Source: Anaeromyxobacteraceae bacterium (lineage in GTDB: Bacteria > Myxococcota > Myxococcia > Myxococcales > Anaeromyxobacteraceae). From it: 64,000 nt of DNA. The notes below the pieces were generated by a model that ran no database searches, was not told the origin of the DNA, and saw only the letters and a list, made by a program, of their open reading frames with translations. Positions 59,240 through 64,000 of the stretch are shown here, in pieces. The position numbers and the translations under genes were made by a program. The stretch is from the NCBI GenBank assembly GCA_047602405.1, contig JASGHJ010000002.1:896001-960000 (forward strand). The letters run 5' to 3'. How positions within the stretch are numbered: position 1 is the stretch's first letter; each line of letters begins with the position of its first letter.

Positions 59240-61744
59240 ATGTCGATGAACGAACGCTACGAGCCGCAGTCGATCGAGCCCCGCTGGCAGAAGCGCTGGG
59301 AGGATGCGAAGGTCTTCGCCGCGGGCCGCCGCCCGGGCGCCGAGGAGAAGTACGTCCTCGAGATGTTCCCGTACCCGTCGGGCGCCATGCACATGGGCCA
59401 CGCCCGCGTGTACACGATCGGTGACGCCATCGCGCGCCAGCTCCGGATGCGGGGCCACGACGTGCTCCACCCGATCGGCTTCGACGCCCTGGGCCTGCCG
59501 GCCGAGAACGCCGCCATCAAGGACGGTCGCCACCCCGCCGAGCGCACCGCCGAGAACATCGTCGGCTTCCGGGCCGAGATGAAGACGCTGGGGTTCTCGT
59601 TCGACTGGGAGCGGGAGCTCGTCACCGCCGATCCCTCGTACTACCGCTGGAACCAGTGGTTCTTCCTGCGGATGCTCGAGCACGGCATCGTGTACCGCCG
59701 CGAGGGCAGGGCGAACTGGTGCACCGGCTGCAACACCGTCATCGCGAACGAGCAGGTCGTCGACGAGAAGTGCGAGCGCTGCGGCTCGCAGGTCCTCGAG
59801 AAGGTCATCCCGGAGTGGGCGTTCCGGATCACCGACTTCGCCCAGGACCTGCTCGACGGGCTCGACACGCTCACCGAGTGGCCCGAGCGCATCACCACGA
59901 TGCAGCGGAACTGGATCGGCAAGAGCGTCGGCGCGGAGGTGGACTTCGCGGTCCACGGCGGGCCGGCCATCAAGGTCTTCACCACCCGCGTCGACACCAT
60001 CTTCGGCTGCACCTACGTCGTGCTCGCCCCCGAGCACCCGCTCACCGAGCAGATCACGAAGCCCGAGCGCCTCGCCGAGGTGCGCGCCTTCGTGAAGAAG
60101 ATGAAGGACACTGACGCCGAGGCGCGCACGGGCGAGGGGGCGCCGAAGGAGGGCGTCTTCACCGGCGCCATGGCGCTCAACCCGTTCACCGGCGAGCGCG
60201 TCCCGGTCTGGATCGCGAACTTCGTGCTCGCCGGCTACGGCACCGGCGCCGTCATGAGCGTGCCGGCGCACGACCAGCGCGACTTCGAGTTCGCGAAGAA
60301 GTACCAGCTCCCCATCCGGACGGTGATCCAGCCTCCGAAGGGCGACCGGCTCCCGCCCGGCGACGCGCTCGAGAAGGCCTTCACCGAGGACGGCGTCCTC
60401 GACGGCTCGGGCCTGTTCAACGGCGTGGCCTCCGAGGAGGCCCGCCGCGACCTCTCCGAGCACGCCCGCGCGAAGGGCTTCGGCGGGCCGACCGTCCGCT
60501 GGCACCTGCGCGACTGGGGCTTCTCCCGCCAGCGCTACTGGGGCACGCCCATCCCGGTCGTCTACTGCCCGGAGCACGGTGCGGTCGGCGTGCCGGACGA
60601 CCAGCTGCCCGTGGTGCTGCCGAAGGAGGCCATCATCACCGGCACCGGCGAGCCGCCGCTCGCGAAGGTCCCGGCGTTCGTGAACACGACCTGCCCGAGG
60701 TGCGGCAAGCCCGCCCGCCGGGAGGTCGAGACGATGGACACGTTCGTCGACTCGTCCTGGTACTACGCCCGCTACCTCTCGCCGAAGGACGCGACCCGGC
60801 CCTTCGACCCCGAGGCCGCCCGCCGCTGGCTCCCCGTCGACGTCTACGTCGGCGGCCCCGAGCACGCGGTGATGCACCTGCTCTACTTCCGGTTCTGGCA
60901 CCGCGTCATGAAGAAGCTCGGCCTCGTGTTCGAGGACGAGCCGGTGAAGCGGCTCGTGACCCAGGGCATCGTGAACGGCCCCGACGGCCGCAAGATGTCG
61001 AAGCGCTGGGGCAACGTGGTCGCGCCGGGCCCGATCGTGAAGCGCTTCGGGGCCGACACGGTCCGCATGTTCATGCTCTTCGCGGCGCCGCCCGAGAAGG
61101 ACATCGACTGGTCCGACGAGCAGGTCGACGGCCTGTTCCGGTTCCTCGCCCGCGTGTGGCGCCACTTCCACGCCCGACAGGACTGCTTCGGCGCGCCGGA
61201 GGCCGCGCTCGCCCAGGCGGCGGGGCCGTTCCTGGAGCTGCGCCGCAAGACGCACCGGACGCTCAAGCGCTGCACCGAGGCGTTCGGCACCGGCTCCGCC
61301 GGCGAGCTCAAGTTCAACACCGGCATCGCGGCGCTCATGGAGCTCGTGAACGAGCTCTACGCGCTCGAGCCGAAGTCCGACCCCGACCGCGCCGCGGTGC
61401 GGGAGGCGCTCGTGCTGCTCGCGACGATGCTCAACCCGTTCGCGCCGCACGTCGCCGAGGAGCTCTGGCACGAGCTCCTGGGCCCGGCGGCCCGCGATCG
61501 GCTGCTCGCCGAGGAGCCGTGGCCGGCGTTCGACCCGGCGCTCGTGGTCGCCGACACCGTCACCATCGCGGTGCAGGTGAACGGCAAGCTGCGCGGCGAG
61601 GTGCAGGCCGGCGCCGCCGCGCCCGAGGCCGACGTCCGCGCGCTCGCCGAGGCCGACGAGCGGGTGAAGCCGCACCTCGCCGGGAAGACCGTCCGGAAGG
61701 TCGTCTTCGTGCCGAAGCGGCTCATCAACTTCGTGGTGGGGTAG
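59240..61744 (+). CDS. leuS: Leucine-tRNA ligase
   Basis: 'MFPYPSG.MHMGH', 'FTTRVDT', 'KMSKR' and 'QVNGKLRG'. Confidence 0.97.
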   Translation: MSMNERYEPQSIEPRWQKRWEDAKVFAAGRRPGAEEKYVLEMFPYPSGAMHMGHARVYTIGDAIARQLRMRGHDVLHPIGFDALGLPAENAAIKDGRHPAERTAENIVGFRAEMKTLGFSFDWERELVTADPSYYRWNQWFFLRMLEHGIVYRREGRANWCTGCNTVIANEQVVDEKCERCGSQVLEKVIPEWAFRITDFAQDLLDGLDTLTEWPERITTMQRNWIGKSVGAEVDFAVHGGPAIKVFTTRVDTIFGCTYVVLAPEHPLTEQITKPERLAEVRAFVKKMKDTDAEARTGEGAPKEGVFTGAMALNPFTGERVPVWIANFVLAGYGTGAVMSVPAHDQRDFEFAKKYQLPIRTVIQPPKGDRLPPGDALEKAFTEDGVLDGSGLFNGVASEEARRDLSEHARAKGFGGPTVRWHLRDWGFSRQRYWGTPIPVVYCPEHGAVGVPDDQLPVVLPKEAIITGTGEPPLAKVPAFVNTTCPRCGKPARREVETMDTFVDSSWYYARYLSPKDATRPFDPEAARRWLPVDVYVGGPEHAVMHLLYFRFWHRVMKKLGLVFEDEPVKRLVTQGIVNGPDGRKMSKRWGNVVAPGPIVKRFGADTVRMFMLFAAPPEKDIDWSDEQVDGLFRFLARVWRHFHARQDCFGAPEAALAQAAGPFLELRRKTHRTLKRCTEAFGTGSAGELKFNTGIAALMELVNELYALEPKSDPDRAAVREALVLLATMLNPFAPHVAEELWHELLGPAARDRLLAEEPWPAFDPALVVADTVTIAVQVNGKLRGEVQAGAAAPEADVRALAEADERVKPHLAGKTVRKVVFVPKRLINFVVG

Positions 61745-61748
61745 GGGC

Positions 61749-62225
61749 GTGACCGACGCGCCCCGCCTCGCCGCGGCCCTCTGCGCCGCCGCGCTCGCGG
61801 CCGCGGGCTGCGGCTACGCCCTCTCCACGCGCTGGGTGGGGCGGGGCGGGGTCGAGCGGGTCGAGGTGGCCGAGCTCGAGAACCGGTCGACCGAGCCCGG
61901 GCTCGGGGCGGCGCTGACCGGGGCGCTCCGGACCGGGTTCGCGCGCCGCGGCGCGGCCGGCCCGGGCGACGCCCGGCTCACCGGAGAGCTTCGATCCGGG
62001 GCGCCGGTGCCCTCGTCCACCGACGCCTTCTCGTGGCGGATCGCGGTCGAGGCGCGCGTGAGGCTCACGCGCGGCGCCGAGGTGCTCGCGGAGCAGACCT
62101 TCCGCCGCGAGGCCGACTACGTCTCGGGCAGCGATCCGGTGGAGGCGGAGGGCAGGCGGACGCTCGCCCTGCGCCGGCTCGCGGACGAGCTGGCGGGCGA
62201 GATCCTGGCGGCGCTGGAGAGATGA
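61749..62225 (+). CDS. lptE: LPS assembly lipoprotein LptE
   Basis: Lipobox 'AGCGY', 'ENRSTEPGL' and position after leuS. Confidence 0.8.
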   Translation: MTDAPRLAAALCAAALAAAGCGYALSTRWVGRGGVERVEVAELENRSTEPGLGAALTGALRTGFARRGAAGPGDARLTGELRSGAPVPSSTDAFSWRIAVEARVRLTRGAEVLAEQTFRREADYVSGSDPVEAEGRRTLALRRLADELAGEILAALER

Positions 62226-62232
62226 GCGCGAA

Positions 62233-62284
62233 GGGCCCGCGAAGGCGGGCCCGAAGTCCCGGGTGCAGGGCCGCGAAGCGGCCC
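62233..62284. terminator. Two GC hairpins between convergent lptE and rpsT
   Basis: GGGCCCGC-gaag-GCGGGCCC and GGGCCGC-gaa-GCGGCCC. Confidence 0.5.
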
Positions 62285-62296
62285 GGAGACGAGGGA

Positions 62297-62560
62297 CTAC
62301 TTCAGCGCGGCGACGGCCTTCGCCAGCCGGCCGATGCGGCGGGCCGCGGCGTTCTTGTGCAGCACGCCCTTCGAGGAGGCCTTCGAGAGCTCGGCGACGG
62401 CGGCGGGGAGGGCAGCCTTGGCCGCGGCCGAGTCGCCCTTCGCGGCGAGATCGCGGACCTTCTTCACGGCGCTCTTCACGCGCGTGCGGACCTGGACGTT
62501 GCGCGCGCGACGCTTCTGCGCCTGCCGGTTCCGCTTCTCCGCCGAGACCATGTTCGCCAA
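62297..62560 (-). CDS. rpsT: 30S ribosomal protein S20
   Basis: 'ANMVSAEKRNRQ...KGVLHKNAAARR'. Confidence 0.96.
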   Translation of the reverse strand: MANMVSAEKRNRQAQKRRARNVQVRTRVKSAVKKVRDLAAKGDSAAAKAALPAAVAELSKASSKGVLHKNAAARRIGRLAKAVAALK

Positions 62561-63048
62561 GGGATCACTCTCCTCGCGCGCGGCCTGCCGCGCGCGCCTG
62601 CACGAAAGCTGTTGAGGGCGCGCTAATTACCTGTGAATGCGGGGGACGTCAAGCGCCGGGGGCCCGCGCGGGGCGGGGGAGGTCGGACGTCCGGGAGAGC
62701 AATGTGCGACGCCTTGCCGCAGCGGATCTACCTCGGGTCCGCGGCGCGGCCACAGCAATGCGCGGGCCGAAACCCGGAGGACACTCCAAGGAAGGACGTA
62801 GTTATCCACTCCACGCAGAACCCCCTCCTTCCGACCCCCCGGACCCGCCCTTCCGCACGCCCTCCGCGGGGCCTACAACGCCTCAAGCCATGGAAAAAAC
62901 TGGGCATTACGAGGCTCGGGGCCCTGCGGGACCGGTGTCGGCTCGGTGAAATCCCGAGGGCGGTCCGGGTTCCAGCCAGACTTATCCACGTACTTCCCAC
63001 ATGGCGTGTGGAGAGCCGTCCGCCGGCCGGCCCGCGTCGGATTTTTCC

Positions 63049-63840
63049 TCAAACTTCGCGCGCCTTGGCCTCGTCCCAGAGCGCGTCCATCTCCGCGAGG
63101 GTTGCCTCACCGTGGGGCACGCCGCGGCGTTCCAGCTCGCGCTCGACGTGCTCGAAGCGCGAGATGAACCGGCCCACTGCGGCGCGCAACGCCTCCTCCG
63201 GCGCGATGCCATGCTTGCGCGCAAGGTTCGCGGTCGCGAAGAGGAGGTCGCCGAGCTCGTGCTCGATCTCCTTCGAGTTGCCGCCCGCCACCGCCTCGTC
63301 CAGCTCGGCGAGCTCCTCCGCCACCTTGGCCCGGGCGCCCGACGCGTCGGGCCAATCGAAGCCGATCCGGCTCGCCTTCTCGGTCAGGCGGTCGGCCCGG
63401 GCGAGGGCCGGCATCTCCCGGGGAACGCCCTCGAGCACGCTCTTGCCGCCGCCCCTGGCCTTCTTCTCGGCCCGCTTCAGCTGGGCCCACTGCCTGAGCA
63501 CGCCCTCGGCGTCCTTCACCTGCGAGTCGCCGAACACGTGGGGGTGGCGGGAGACGAGCTTGTTCGAGATCGCCTCCGCCACGTCGGCGAAGTCGAACCG
63601 GCCCTCCTCCTTGCGGAGCTGCGCCTGGAAGACGATCTGCAGGAGGAGGTCGCCGAGCTCCTCGCAGTGCTCCCGGACGTCGCCGCCGTCGATCGCCTCG
63701 AGGACCTCGTAGGTCTCCTCGAGCACGTAGGGGCGGAGGGTGTGGAGGGTCTGCTCGCGGTCCCAGGGACAGCCGTCCGGGGCGCGCAGGCGCTCCATGA
63801 TGCCGAGGAGCCGCTCGAGGGCGGCGGTGGCGCTCTTCAT
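63049..63840 (-). CDS. mazG: Nucleoside triphosphate pyrophosphohydrolase MazG
   Basis: 'LRAPDGCPWDREQT', 'EETYE', 'EELGDLL' and 'RHPHVF'. Confidence 0.95.
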   Translation of the reverse strand: MKSATAALERLLGIMERLRAPDGCPWDREQTLHTLRPYVLEETYEVLEAIDGGDVREHCEELGDLLLQIVFQAQLRKEEGRFDFADVAEAISNKLVSRHPHVFGDSQVKDAEGVLRQWAQLKRAEKKARGGGKSVLEGVPREMPALARADRLTEKASRIGFDWPDASGARAKVAEELAELDEAVAGGNSKEIEHELGDLLFATANLARKHGIAPEEALRAAVGRFISRFEHVERELERRGVPHGEATLAEMDALWDEAKAREV

Positions 63841-63887
63841 GCGCGTCTTATTACCCCGGACGACGCCGTGTTAGCATCCCGACGCGC

Positions 63888-64000
63888 GTGCGCACCCGCG
63901 TCACCACGCTCTGGCCCCACCTCGTCGGGGCACTCCTCCTCGGGGGCATCCTCGCGGCGCCCGCGCGCGCGCAGGTCGCCGCGCCGAAGCTCGTCGAGGA
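63888..64000 (+). CDS. Start of an exported protein (truncated by window end)
   Basis: VRTRVTTLWPHLVGALLLGGILAAPARA signal-like sequence. Confidence 0.4.
   Translation, partial: MRTRVTTLWPHLVGALLLGGILAAPARAQVAAPKLVE

Noticed and set aside
60990..61010. LeuRS KMSKR instead of KMSKS
   Set aside because: A minor motif variant in an otherwise canonical enzyme.
56834..61675. 1613-aa minus-strand ORF and other very long Arg/Gly/Pro-rich ORFs
   Set aside because: Shadow frames of high-GC genes (here antisense to leuS, then running through fadL and barstar via an indel).
1..64000. CRISPR array, rRNA or IS transposase
   Set aside because: No regularly spaced repeat-spacer array, rRNA sequence or transposase motifs were seen.

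Overview
Very GC-rich bacterial chromosome segment, most consistent with Myxococcota (Anaeromyxobacter-like), judged from gene order and protein motifs. The core backbone runs ccsA, phosphomannomutase, tldE/tldD, tRNA-Arg(CCG), a LuxR regulator, yceD-rpmF-plsX-fabH-fabD-fabG-acpP-fabF, rpiB-glyA-nrdR-ribD-ribE / ribBA-ribH-nusB, a receptor-less chemosensory cluster (cheA, ExeA-like ATPase, 2x cheW, HEAT protein, cheR, cheB, cheY), an RNase/barstar pair, fadL, leuS-lptE, rpsT and mazG. The main discovery is a ~12 kb phage-satellite-like element integrated in tRNA-Arg(CCG), bounded by 105-bp direct repeats (12905-13009 and 24883-24987). Its attachment site lies inside the integrase ORF, so excision would swap a 7-aa tail for a 117-aa tail ending in an excisionase-like HTH domain. 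Matching arm-type sites, phased repeats, a candidate iteron origin, a helicase-only P4/D5 replicase, a serine resolvase and a PIN-nuclease pair are also visible. A sigma54-controlled Tat flavoprotein/multiheme cytochrome module splits the riboflavin operon. Seven genes carry single-base frameshifts, five of them in or beside GATC, which points to methylation-linked long-read errors rather than real pseudogenes. All family calls come from motif recognition by eye; no searches were run.
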